From the NCBI GenBank assembly GCA_045046875.1, contig JASFYY010000041.1, positions 1-34,757 on the forward strand: a stretch of DNA of 34,757 bases, read 5' to 3'. The stretch's first letter is position 1. Each line of letters begins with the position of its first letter. The notes beneath the pieces were generated by a model, which did not search any database, was not told the DNA's origin, and was given only the letters and a program-made list of their open reading frames with translations. A program made the position numbers and the translations under genes. The stretch comes from Verrucomicrobiota bacterium (GTDB taxonomy: Bacteria; Verrucomicrobiota; Verrucomicrobiia; Verrucomicrobiales; DEV007). Shown here piece after piece: positions 1 through 10,502 of the stretch.

Positions 1-62
1 GCCTTGGCGTGGAATTTTGCGATCATGCCGGAGCCGATAATGCCGAATTTCATAGGTGTCAT
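1..62 (-). CDS. Gfo/Idh/MocA family NAD(P)-dependent oxidoreductase, N-terminal fragment (runs off left edge)
   Basis: Not in the ORF track. The reverse strand from ATG at 62 reads MTPMKFGIIGSGMIAKFHAK, with a GxGxxA Rossmann start followed by His, typical of this family. Confidence 0.8.
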   Translation of the reverse strand, partial: MTPMKFGIIGSGMIAKFHAK

Positions 63-118
63 GGGTATGGATTAGGTTACGTGAGTTTTGCGCTGCACTG
101 TATTTTGTGAAAGAGGGG

Positions 119-173
119 AACCGCAACCGAAGTGTAGATAGACGGAGTCAAATTACGCAGATGGGCGCAGATA
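119..173 (+). repeat. Degenerate AACC-led repeat, CGCAGAT variant
   Basis: aaccgcaacc...ttacgcagatgggcgcagat. Confidence 0.45.
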
Positions 174-200
174 AAGAGAGAATAGAATTAAAGAAAAATA

Positions 201-296
201 TATAACCACTGATTTCACTGATGAACACTGATTGAAAAAATAAGCAGTAAAATAATAATACAAATCAGTGCTTATCAGTGTTCATCAGTGGTTATA
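201..296. repeat. Inverted pair of CACTGAT triplet arrays
   Basis: aaccactgat-ttcactgat-gaacactgat (204-233) faces atcagtg-cttatcagtg-ttcatcagtggtt (263-293). The outer 13 bp (tataaccactgat / atcagtggttata) are perfectly complementary. Confidence 0.9.
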
Positions 297-330
297 AAGA
301 AATGTAGTGGAGTGTGTTAGGAATATATGA

Positions 331-2034
<1,704 letters not shown>

Positions 2035-2108
2035 TTTTATTAAAGGATGGGGAAGTTGCTAGTGAAATTGGGTTCACCCTGTATGAACGTTTTATAAATT
2101 AAAAATAA

Positions 2109-2137
2109 AACCACGGATCTCACGGATGAACATGGAT
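2109..2137 (+). repeat. AACC-led triplet array, CACGGAT variant
   Basis: aaccacggat-ctcacggat-gaacatggat. Confidence 0.8.
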
Positions 2138-2243
2138 AAGAGGTTGATAGGAAGTTGTTATGCTTTTTTATCTAGCTCTACCCACGCTATTTGAGCTCAT
2201 TTTTTCATGATAGGTGAATCGGATTGTAAGGGATGTGCTTGAA

Positions 2244-2271
2244 TTGACAAGGGACAATTGACAAGGGACAA
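2244..2271 (+). repeat. Heptamer tandem repeat (nnGACAA x4)
   Basis: ttgacaa gggacaa ttgacaa gggacaa. Confidence 0.85.
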
Positions 2272-2321
2272 TGGGGGAGGAATCGAGGATTTTGCCTGGA
2301 TCTGACTTGTTTAGGAGATAT

Positions 2322-2975
2322 ATGAGGGTTTCTGTGATTATACCGACCTTGAACGAGGCGCAGAATCTAGCGGCAGTGCTGGAGGCGCTGGCCTGGAAGG
2401 ACGGGGCAGGGGATGAGGTGATCGTGGTGGACGGGGGCAGTGATGATGGCACTCGGGAGATAGCTAAGCAGGGAGGGGCGCGAGTGTTGAAAGGCCTGTG
2501 TGCGGGTAGAGCGCGGCAGATGAATCTCGGAGCCAAAGAGGCTCAGGGTGATATTTTGTTTTTTTTGCATGGAGATACGCTGGTGCCGGATGAGGCACTG
2601 CTTTTGATTGATGAGGTTTGTGAGGATGAGCAAATAGTGGGAGGAGGATTCATCCGTCAGTTTGATAGTGACTCGCGTTGGTTGGACTGGACCTGTCGTT
2701 TGGCGGATTGGCGTAGTGAGCAGTGGGGGGTGTTTTTGGGCGATCAGGGGATTTTTGTCAGACGCGCGGTTTTTGATCAAATGGGGGGCTTTGATGAAAA
2801 TTTGTCGTGTTGCGAGGATTTGCGTTTTTCAATGCAACTGAGGGAGCGTGGCAAGGTGGTGGCTTTGCGTCCGGCTGTGCTCAGTTCGGCGCGGCGTTTT
2901 GATAAACGGGGACCGTTTCGCACCACTTTGCGGGATGCTTGCTTGGCGGCGAGGTCTTGGTGGCAGCAAATGTGA
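2322..2975 (+). CDS. GT2 glycosyltransferase, TIGR04283-like
   Basis: MRVSVIIPTLNEA, VVDGGSDDGT, GRARQMNLGA, FLHGD, GDQGIFVRR, ED and SSARRF motifs. ATG 2322 follows AGGAG, so it is preferred over 2271. Confidence 0.88.
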   Translation: MRVSVIIPTLNEAQNLAAVLEALAWKDGAGDEVIVVDGGSDDGTREIAKQGGARVLKGLCAGRARQMNLGAKEAQGDILFFLHGDTLVPDEALLLIDEVCEDEQIVGGGFIRQFDSDSRWLDWTCRLADWRSEQWGVFLGDQGIFVRRAVFDQMGGFDENLSCCEDLRFSMQLRERGKVVALRPAVLSSARRFDKRGPFRTTLRDACLAARSWWQQM

Positions 2976-3196
2976 GTTAGCAGATAATACCGTTTCAATA
3001 GTCATATCAGCGGAATGAAGAAATTTGAACTGATATGAAAACGCTATCCCCAATAGGTATACGATAAGGGTAAGTGGGGATTTTGGAGATTTCACATGTG
3101 TTTCTCACCAATGATGGAGCGGAGAAGAGGTGTCAATTAGCGCGTTTTATTCCCCTGCCTAAAGTAGGAAGTTGTTCGTTGAACCGCTCTCCCCGT

Positions 3197-3242
3197 TGCC
3201 CTCCTCCCACTCCAGTTCGATAACTAAAGGGCAGGGAGGGCA
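3197..3242. repeat. Imperfect hairpin, short relative of the 3301/5553/9845 element
   Basis: tgccctcctccc...gggcagggagggca arms. The inner actccagttcgataa resembles accccagttggataa in the copy at 3301. Confidence 0.55.
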
Positions 3243-3300
3243 TCTGGCTTGACGGCAGAAATGTCCCGTGTTTTAATCGTCGCAAATGAATTGGATTAAC

Positions 3301-3410
3301 CCCTTCCTCCGCCTTGACCTGATCCAACCCCAGTTGGATAAGCAAATTTCTTTCGCTGAGGCGATGGCGGGCAAGAGAGCAGGGGAGGTGAAAAAGCAAA
3401 TTTCTAGCAG
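3301..3410 (+). repeat. Dispersed hairpin-like repeat, copy A
   Basis: gggcaagagagcaggggaggtg (3369-3390) is identical to 9885-9906, and the next 20 nt match at 17 positions. CT-rich left arm, GA-rich right arm. Confidence 0.8.
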
Positions 3411-3480
3411 GAGCAGTTCTCCTGAGATGATTGAGCATCCTGCTATCGTTTGCCATCCGTCTTGTAATTCCGTTGTTATC

Positions 3481-5385
3481 ATGAAAAATATTTTGTTCTA
3501 TTTTGGGCTCCTGTTGTTGGTATCGCTTAGTTCCGGACTTGCCGAGGAGGAGAACCTGGTGCTCAACCCATCGTTTGAACAAGCCGCAGCAGAGGGGGTG
3601 ACTGTCGAGGATTGGGTGACTCGTGAGGGCATTCCGGTAGTGCGGAGTAGTGAGGGCGGGCATACGGGTGAGGCCTTCATGCGTTTTGACGATGACAGCC
3701 CGAAAGAAGGGCAGTTCCTCGAATCTCGTCGGGTGCCAGCACGGCCTGGTGGCAAGTACACTGCATCGGCCTGGCTGCGTAGCTCGGATGCCTGCCGTCC
3801 TGGCGTTTATTTGAATTTCTATGATCTCAACGGGGTTCGCATCGCGCATCGGTACGAGAGGATCAATGGTTCTTCGAAGGACTGGCAGCGGGTTGAGGTG
3901 GTGGAAAACGCTCCGAAGAATGTTTGGGAGGTGGCTCTGGCTATCTACTCTTATTCGGGAGACGTCGGGGTGTTCGATGCCGATGATGCGGACTTGCGTG
4001 TCGAGGGCGGCAGCGAGCCGGGACTGGGTGGTCTGACTCGACTTAAAACCGGCGACAAAGGCGTTTATCGGATGGGTGGCCGGCGAGAACTTTTTGTCGA
4101 TCATTTTCTTATCGATTCGATTGGGGGGGCGGCAGAACGGCGTTTGCACCACCCGGTTCCCCGCGAGGTGGTGCTGAAGCTGGACCGACCTTGGGAGGGG
4201 GAGACATCAGCCTACTTTGCTTTGGTGAAGGACAAGGATCGTTACCTGCTTTATTACCGGGGCTACGCAGGTCCCGGCAGTGCTGGGCAGGTTTGTTGCG
4301 TGGCGGAGAGTGCCGACGGCATTCACTTCAGCCGGATCGAGGCGGGCCAGTTCGAATTCGAGGGATCCAAGGCAAATAACATCGTGTGGCGCGGAGTTGG
4401 GGGGCATAACTTTACTCCCTTCCTTGATCCGAATCCAGCGGCAGCGGCGGACGAGCGTTTCAAGGCGATGGGGTATTCTCACCAGGGTAAGGGGCTCGGT
4501 GTTTTTGGTTCTCCGGATGGGGTTCGTTGGCATGAACTGCTGGACCGGCCGGCGATCACCGACGGCGCTTTCGATTCGCAGAATGTGGCCTTCTTTGACG
4601 TCGAGCGTGGTCACTATGTGGATTTCCACCGCAAGGGACGCAAGGGGGTGCGCGATATCATGACCTGCACCAGTAAGGACTTTCGTAATTGGACCGATCC
4701 CGTTTTTATCGAATACGGGGATGATCGGCTCGAGCACCTCTACACGAATGGTATCCTGCCCTACCCGAGAGCTCCTCATATCTATCTTGGGTTGCCTGCC
4801 CGCTTCGTGCCGACGAGAACGAAGATGGTCGATCGCAAGGACCCAGGTGTCAGTGATGCCGTGCTGATGAGCAGTCGCGATGGGAAAAATTTCGAGCGTT
4901 GGTCCGAAGCTTTCATTCGTCCTTCAACGGAGATAGAAGTCTGGACCGACCGCAATAACTTCCCTGCCTGGGGTATGGTAGAAACGGCGCCAGGCGAATT
5001 GTCCGTTTACTGGACTGAGCACTATCGGCATCCCGGTATGAGACTGCGCCGGGGCACTCTGCGAACGGACGGGTTTGTATCTCTACATGCGGGGGGTGGT
5101 CCGGGAGAGGTTTTGACCCGGCCTATGGTTTTTGATGGCTCAAGTCTGGAGATCAATTTTGCCACTGATGCGGTCGGATGGCTTAGGTTTGAAGTCTGCG
5201 ACGAACAGGGCAAGGCGATCAAGGGACTCTCTTTCAATGAATCGAAAATCATGTTCGGCAACGAAATCGAAGGACGGGTGGCGTGGAGAGGGAAGGGGGA
5301 TCTGGCTGCTTTGGCGGGGCGTCAGGTAAGGCTGAGGATCCGCTTGGAGAATGCCGACCTTTACTCGCTGCGATTTGTGAAGTGA
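3481..5385 (+). CDS. Secreted protein: CBM4/9-like domain + beta-propeller glycoside-hydrolase-like domain + C-terminal beta-sandwich
   Basis: Signal peptide from MKNILFYF. NLVLNPSFE CBM-type start, RELFVD, repeated S.DG..W/F Asp-box-like motifs, FDSQN, LRTDGFVSL. The ORF-track start 3286 lies just upstream of repeat A and the ORF reads through it. Confidence 0.7.
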   Translation: MKNILFYFGLLLLVSLSSGLAEEENLVLNPSFEQAAAEGVTVEDWVTREGIPVVRSSEGGHTGEAFMRFDDDSPKEGQFLESRRVPARPGGKYTASAWLRSSDACRPGVYLNFYDLNGVRIAHRYERINGSSKDWQRVEVVENAPKNVWEVALAIYSYSGDVGVFDADDADLRVEGGSEPGLGGLTRLKTGDKGVYRMGGRRELFVDHFLIDSIGGAAERRLHHPVPREVVLKLDRPWEGETSAYFALVKDKDRYLLYYRGYAGPGSAGQVCCVAESADGIHFSRIEAGQFEFEGSKANNIVWRGVGGHNFTPFLDPNPAAAADERFKAMGYSHQGKGLGVFGSPDGVRWHELLDRPAITDGAFDSQNVAFFDVERGHYVDFHRKGRKGVRDIMTCTSKDFRNWTDPVFIEYGDDRLEHLYTNGILPYPRAPHIYLGLPARFVPTRTKMVDRKDPGVSDAVLMSSRDGKNFERWSEAFIRPSTEIEVWTDRNNFPAWGMVETAPGELSVYWTEHYRHPGMRLRRGTLRTDGFVSLHAGGGPGEVLTRPMVFDGSSLEINFATDAVGWLRFEVCDEQGKAIKGLSFNESKIMFGNEIEGRVAWRGKGDLAALAGRQVRLRIRLENADLYSLRFVK

Positions 5386-5552
5386 GTCTCGTTGCTATTA
5401 CCGATGGAGGGAAGCCGATCGCCGCCGGTCAGCACCCTCAAACGATTCGGGGCGATCAATCTGAAAGGTGGCGAGAAATCAGGATTCGGAGGTCATCGGG
5501 TTTGAGGGGAAAAATACCCTCTGTTCTAAGCGGTGTAAATGAATCAGACTTA

Positions 5553-5650
5553 GCCCTTCCTTCCTTTTGCTCTTTCCAACTCCAAGTCAGTCAGTAACAA
5601 ATCTATCTTCGGTGAGGCTATGGCGGGCAATAGAGTGGGGGAGGAGAAGG
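5553..5650 (+). repeat. Dispersed hairpin-like repeat, copy B
   Basis: cttcggtgaggctatggcgggcaatagagtgggggagg aligns with tttcgctgaggcgatggcgggcaagagagcaggggagg of copy A. CT-rich left arm is present. Confidence 0.7.
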
Positions 5651-5736
5651 TGAATTCTCATCGATCTCGAATTTCGCAGGCTTCCATTTTTCTGGTGATG
5701 GGCATATAATCCTTGACTCACAAACTGATGTAAATA

Positions 5737-6420
5737 ATGAACTCAAAATATTTTACGGCGATATTATTAATTATTGCTGCCATTGGAATGGGAATGGCTT
5801 GTCACTTGTATCCAGTGGAGAATGAATTTTCGCTTATGCGCTGCACGGTTTCCTTTCTGGGGTCTCCAGATTCAGACCGGAATCCTCAGGGGTGGAGGTG
5901 GCATCAGATTGGAATGACCTCACTGATACTGGCTCTGGCACAGATGGTTTGGTGGAGACATCGGAATTTCTATCCCTTCACTGGGGTGAAGATAAACAAA
6001 GCGACGGTTCTTTATGCTGCTGGATTTGTATTGATTCTCATTTCGGTTTGGATTGCAGATTCTGATGAGATCCTTTGGGGAGGAATTCGCTCAGGAGTGA
6101 TCCATACGAATGTTGCAATCATTGCAATAGTAACCTTGCTGGTTGCTGTGAGTCTGGATGGAATGATTCTCTCGCGTGCGGGGCTGCCGAGTAAAGCACA
6201 ATGGCCGTTTCGTATTTACGCATGTATCTGGCTTGTCACTATTTGTTGTCTGGCGTCGTGGCAGTGGAAATGTTGGAGTGACCCTAATTTGGAACACTGG
6301 CCAGGTGAGGGTATTCATTCAACTCCGATGTGGGAGTGGATATTGCTGGCTTACCTGATAGGCTTTGTGATATGGATTTCTCGACGTCGATTGGTGGAGT
6401 CGATGCCCGCAGGGGATTGA
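5737..6420 (+). CDS. Multi-pass membrane protein (possibly DUF998-like)
   Basis: 227 aa, ~5-6 hydrophobic helices. FS....VSFLG after TM1 and IH...A in TM4 resemble DUF998. Confidence 0.6.
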   Translation: MNSKYFTAILLIIAAIGMGMACHLYPVENEFSLMRCTVSFLGSPDSDRNPQGWRWHQIGMTSLILALAQMVWWRHRNFYPFTGVKINKATVLYAAGFVLILISVWIADSDEILWGGIRSGVIHTNVAIIAIVTLLVAVSLDGMILSRAGLPSKAQWPFRIYACIWLVTICCLASWQWKCWSDPNLEHWPGEGIHSTPMWEWILLAYLIGFVIWISRRRLVESMPAGD

Positions 6421-6432
6421 TGTTGTTAGGAT

Positions 6433-7842
6433 TCACTGGGGGGCGGGTTTTTGCGTGTTGATCAAGGCGTGCATCAGGTTGACGAAATAGCTGCCTCCCG
6501 TTGGTCCGAGGAAACTCATCTGCGCTTCGTAGGCTGATCCCTCAATATAAAGATTGTTTGGTAGAATATAACCTAGATAATCACCTTGAAAATTACTGAT
6601 CGTCAATCCTGATAGCCCGGCTTCTGTGGCGTAAGTTCGAAGAGGTTTGGATAATAATCCAGAAACTTCGATCGGAACACCCACCCAAAGGTGGTCATCT
6701 ATTCGGAGTGTTGACAAGTGAGCCCGTGGTTGGTGGATTAGGCTAGTCACGAGTGGCGAAGCACGTAGAGACGATCCGAAGCGTATTTGTAATTCTGGAG
6801 TCGGAAGCTCGAATTCATTCGCAGAAAGCCGTGCTGTGCTGTGAAATTTGACTGATTGAAGCTGCTCCAGTAACAAACGAGCCAGACCTCCACCTATATC
6901 AGCCACGCGATCCGACCTGTTCCCTGAAGTCACGGGCGAGTGGCTACCTGTGTTGCCGGCAGCAAAAGCTGCAAAATCGATTTTTTTTGTTGCTTCAAGA
7001 GTTCTCACTAGATAACCAGGATAATCACCGGATAGCTCCAGATTCTCATCTGACAGACAGGTTGCATGTGCACCAAACACTGCGAGTAAAGCCACTTTAT
7101 CAATGCCACCCTTATTTTTTTTCAGCACCAATGCCTCCAGAGTTCCATCGACCCCGGCACCATGGGCACTTCGATTGCGCATGTATTGCGGTGCCTGCGT
7201 CTCAATCCAGGCGTAGCTTGCCGGCGCGAGGGCATCGACAGCGGCGATCACGCTTTTACTTATGGCTCGAATCAATTCCTCCACTACGTCCGGATTGTGT
7301 GGGCCGGCGATCAATTCCTCGACGATTACAGATCCCCATCCGCCGGGACCAGAATGGGTATGGGTGGCCGTGAACAACAGTATGGGCGTTTGCGAACCGA
7401 GGTGGTTTTGAACTTGTTTGTAAACGGCATCGGCGTTCGGGGCGTTTACCAACAACAAATCCGTGCAAATAATAGCCACCGTGGAGATTTTTTCTTGGTT
7501 ATTATTCTTGTCACTGCTTTGCAATACCAGACTCCTTGCTGCCAGTAGTTCACCCGCCATGACGCCCGTTGATGCCGCACCAAGTCGCGAGCCATAACCC
7601 GCCAGAGGAATGCCTTGGGGGAGATCAAAGGCTTCGGTAGCCCAGCCTGCCTTAAATGGCTGCAGTGATCGAGCAACATGTTGATCGTGCAACTCATTGC
7701 CCATACGGGTAATAAGTTGCAGCGCATCAGCTTCAGGTTTGCTATCTGGATGACGATCAAGCGGCCACGGGCCAATGGTGATGAGGCAAGTCACCAGCAT
7801 CCCGCCTGTGACACTGAAAACCCATTTGCGTCGTTGTGTCAT
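6433..7842 (-). CDS. Neutral/alkaline ceramidase-like amidohydrolase, membrane-anchored
   Basis: PLAGYGSR, L.ARSLVL, ATHTHSGP, AHAT, LSGDYPG and YLGYI motifs, plus an N-terminal TM helix. Start at ATG 7842 is chosen; the ORF extends to 7890. Confidence 0.8.
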   Translation of the reverse strand: MTQRRKWVFSVTGGMLVTCLITIGPWPLDRHPDSKPEADALQLITRMGNELHDQHVARSLQPFKAGWATEAFDLPQGIPLAGYGSRLGAASTGVMAGELLAARSLVLQSSDKNNNQEKISTVAIICTDLLLVNAPNADAVYKQVQNHLGSQTPILLFTATHTHSGPGGWGSVIVEELIAGPHNPDVVEELIRAISKSVIAAVDALAPASYAWIETQAPQYMRNRSAHGAGVDGTLEALVLKKNKGGIDKVALLAVFGAHATCLSDENLELSGDYPGYLVRTLEATKKIDFAAFAAGNTGSHSPVTSGNRSDRVADIGGGLARLLLEQLQSVKFHSTARLSANEFELPTPELQIRFGSSLRASPLVTSLIHQPRAHLSTLRIDDHLWVGVPIEVSGLLSKPLRTYATEAGLSGLTISNFQGDYLGYILPNNLYIEGSAYEAQMSFLGPTGGSYFVNLMHALINTQKPAPQ

Positions 7843-8274
7843 ATTATGCAGTTTAGCCAAAACATATTTTATGAAGACCTTCACAAGCATCTCATAGGTT
7901 GCCGCGAGAGCTTTAAAGGGTTTGATTCTAGCTTGTTATTGAGTGGTTTTCACGTTTTTTCTAATATGAGCTGAGTTTAAGTGGTCAGGATCGTATTAGA
8001 GGGTTTATGTGTCTGTGACAAGATCGTCGAGGGGTTTGCTTCTAGCCCAGCTGGTCATCTCCGGGGATCTGATTTTGTAGCAGAAAGTGTAGGGAAAGTG
8101 ATATCAGGGCGGCGAATGCCGGTGGAAGTGAATAACTGGAATTGACCAAGGGTAGTACACTTTTCTTCTTTATGGGTGTGACCTTCTATAACGAACAAAA
8201 AGAGGGGTTTATTTTTAAGCTGAAAGATGATTTAATAATAGTCCTCTCGGACTTCTCACATTAGAAAACACTTT

Positions 8275-9384
8275 ATGACACCAACAAAACTGTGGTATCG
8301 TCCTTTTTTCGCCTTAATTCTGCTCGCTATAATCTTGTTGGTTTGGAACCCTCCAGCAAAGCTAAAAAGTGGAATCCAGCTTCTGCTGCGCGAGAGCGCA
8401 ACGGTCCGCGTTAACTCAGGTTGGGAAAAGCTGAACTTTCCTCAACATGCTATTTGCAATCTATCTCCCAAAGAGATCGCCGAGCTCTACGCAAAAACTG
8501 AGGAGGGCATGCGAGCCCCCCTCAAGTCTTACAAAAAAACAACAGACGGAGCCCTTCGTATCATAGGCACAGGTCACAGTTTCATGCGACCAGGTTACAA
8601 AACCCTCCCTTCGATAGCGCATGCCGCGGGTTTTAAGCAACCTCCCCTTTTCACTCATACTGGAGGTGGGGTGACGGGTAGCGCGCGCTACAAATGGGAG
8701 GAAGAAAATGGGATTTATGGCTTTGAAGAAAAGCCTGTCCCAAAACTGCTCGCGTCAATAGCCAACTCCGAGTGGGATTTGATGATGTGGGGACCCTACT
8801 TCCGTGATCGCCCAGCTTATTATTTATGTTGGATGAATTTTTGTCTGAAATATAATCCTCAAATGAGATTCTACCTCTCGGATGCCTGGCCGCAGTTGGG
8901 GCAATTTGGGGCTATCCCTTCTAGTGAAACGCAAATTTCATTTGAGTCCATTGCTAAAAAGGGACGTGAAAGGAATGCCCTTTTTCAAAAATTAATCAAT
9001 TCATTAAACCGATCCTATCCGGGGAAAGCTTTCATCCTTCCCACTAGTGACGCTATGGTGCTCGCAGTGAAATATTACAAACAAGGTAAACTTCCTGGCG
9101 TTCAAGGTTTACACCAATTGATCGGAAACAAAAAGCGCTCACTGTGGAAAGATCGTCTCGGACATCTCGGCCCAGGCTTTGGTGATTTAGAAGGTTACGT
9201 CTTCTATTCTGCCCTATATGGTCGTTCCCCCGAGCTCATCAAAAGTGATTTCAGACCTGATATGAACCAGCCTTTTCCCAGTAAAGAACTCGATCAGGTC
9301 TTTCGTGAAATCGCATGGATCGCAGTAACTCAAAACCCGCTCTCCGGTGTGACAGATAAGGATAATAATGGTCTGGCGGATTGA
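8275..9384 (+). CDS. Exported hypothetical protein, SGNH-hydrolase-like
   Basis: N-terminal hydrophobic anchor, RIIGTGHSF (block I-like) and WKDRLGH (Dxx(x)H-like). Ends in a DxDxNG motif. Confidence 0.6.
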   Translation: MTPTKLWYRPFFALILLAIILLVWNPPAKLKSGIQLLLRESATVRVNSGWEKLNFPQHAICNLSPKEIAELYAKTEEGMRAPLKSYKKTTDGALRIIGTGHSFMRPGYKTLPSIAHAAGFKQPPLFTHTGGGVTGSARYKWEEENGIYGFEEKPVPKLLASIANSEWDLMMWGPYFRDRPAYYLCWMNFCLKYNPQMRFYLSDAWPQLGQFGAIPSSETQISFESIAKKGRERNALFQKLINSLNRSYPGKAFILPTSDAMVLAVKYYKQGKLPGVQGLHQLIGNKKRSLWKDRLGHLGPGFGDLEGYVFYSALYGRSPELIKSDFRPDMNQPFPSKELDQVFREIAWIAVTQNPLSGVTDKDNNGLAD

Positions 9385-9409
9385 TGTCCGCCATGTAGCC
9401 TCAGATCAA

Positions 9410-9850
9410 ATGAAAAATTTCAGACTTCTTGTTATGGCTACGTTCTTATGTTCTGCCTTTTCCCTCGCCGCAGAAAAAGATCGAGAAGATCAGTGGGCAA
9501 CACGTGCGGGTGGAGATAAAAACGACAAAGCCCGCGGGATTTGTTCTGATAAAGAGGGTTCGATTTTTGTGACGGGTGGGATTTCGAGTAATGGCGATTT
9601 CGAAGATCATAATCTGGAATCCAGCGGAAACTTGGATTTCCTTCTCGCTAAACTGGATTCGCATGGAAAATTGATATGGGCAGCCACTGCAAGGAGGCGG
9701 AGGGGTGGATCGCGGCTACGCGGTTTCTCTTGATGGCAATGGCGGATGTTTTGTGACAGGACACTTTGAAAGCAATGTTATGAATTTCGGGACGATTGAG
9801 TTGAAAAATTCCGGTGGGTATGATGGCTTCGTGGCGCGATTTGGTAAACA
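9410..9850 (+). pseudogene. Frameshifted, truncated SBBP-type beta-propeller repeat protein
   Basis: Signal peptide and repeats W...AGG...D...GI..D..G.IFVTG. One extra A at 9691/9692 separates ...IWAATA from GGGGVDRGYAVSLDGNGGCFVTGHF. The repeat pattern stops at repeat copy C. Confidence 0.8.
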
Positions 9851-9926
9851 AATATCCTTTGCCCCGTGGGCGGGGGGCTATGGAGGGCAAGAGAGCAGGG
9901 GAGGTGGGAAAGCAAATTTTTAGCAG
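9845..9926 (+). repeat. Dispersed hairpin-like repeat, copy C (right half)
   Basis: 39 of 42 nt are identical to 3369-3410. Confidence 0.8.
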
Positions 9927-9945
9927 TCAGTTATAAGGACAAAAT

Positions 9946-10338
9946 ATGAAAAAGGTTTCAGTGATAGTCATCGTATTAATACTTGTCGCACTAGGTATTT
10001 TTTTTGCGACCCAATCAAGTCTGAAGAGCTCAGCTGAAAAGGTGCTGAGCCTTTTCAACGAAGGGCAATATGAACAAGTTTATAAAGACTCGCTTATGTC
10101 AAAACGCATGAGTTTTAGCCAATTTTCAGGTTCTATGGGTATTGGGTTTAAACGTGATATCACTAAGGCAAAAAAGATTTCCTGGAAGGCCACTGGCGAA
10201 CAAGATTCCCAACCATACATATATGGTGATTTCAAATATCCAGATGGAGAAATTGAAGATTTGACCTTTTGGTTTATTAAGAGAAAAGGTGACTACCTTT
10301 TATTTGATATAAGCCCTGAAACCCCAAAAAACCAGTGA
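9946..10338 (+). CDS. Small membrane-anchored/exported hypothetical protein (possible NTF2-like fold)
   Basis: 130 aa, AAGGA RBS, N-terminal TM helix, A..VL..FNEGQYEQVY pattern. AT-rich. Confidence 0.7.
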   Translation: MKKVSVIVIVLILVALGIFFATQSSLKSSAEKVLSLFNEGQYEQVYKDSLMSKRMSFSQFSGSMGIGFKRDITKAKKISWKATGEQDSQPYIYGDFKYPDGEIEDLTFWFIKRKGDYLLFDISPETPKNQ

Positions 10339-10350
10339 GGCAATAAAAGG

Positions 10351-10500
10351 ATGAAAACACCTATGCTACCAGTCCATACACCCGAAGATTTGGCTGGAGG
10401 TATCTCTGAAAAACAATTAAAATCCATTCAGCGAGATCGCCGTTACCTCACTGGGGATGGTTTTGTTCTGGAGAATAAAAAGAAAATTCCTATTAGTTAA
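10351..10500 (+). CDS. Putative 49-aa small protein or gene remnant
   Basis: MKTPMLPVHTPEDLAGGISEKQLKSIQRDRRYLTGDGFVLENKKKIPIS* fills the gap between two co-oriented genes and stops 2 nt before the next ATG. Confidence 0.35.
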   Translation: MKTPMLPVHTPEDLAGGISEKQLKSIQRDRRYLTGDGFVLENKKKIPIS

Positions 10501-10502
10501 AC

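Noticed and set aside
201..296. Possible mini-CRISPR array
   Set aside because: Units are 9-10 bp with no unique spacers, the halves are inverted, and there are no cas genes.
2829..3095. 88-aa minus-strand ORF with a hydrophobic start
   Set aside because: It overlaps the GT2 3' end antisense by ~150 nt and has no recognisable motif.
3133..4779. Long antisense ORFs (339 aa, 190 aa)
   Set aside because: They are shadows of the well-supported + strand gene, as expected in GC-rich DNA.
8030..8100. Fourth copy of the hairpin repeat (attttgtagcag)
   Set aside because: Only ~10 nt of similarity, which could be chance.
3301..9926. Integron attC sites
   Set aside because: I could not find clean RYYYAAC/GTTRRRY cores, the repeats precede rather than follow genes, and there is no integrase. 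Kept only as an unclassified repeat.
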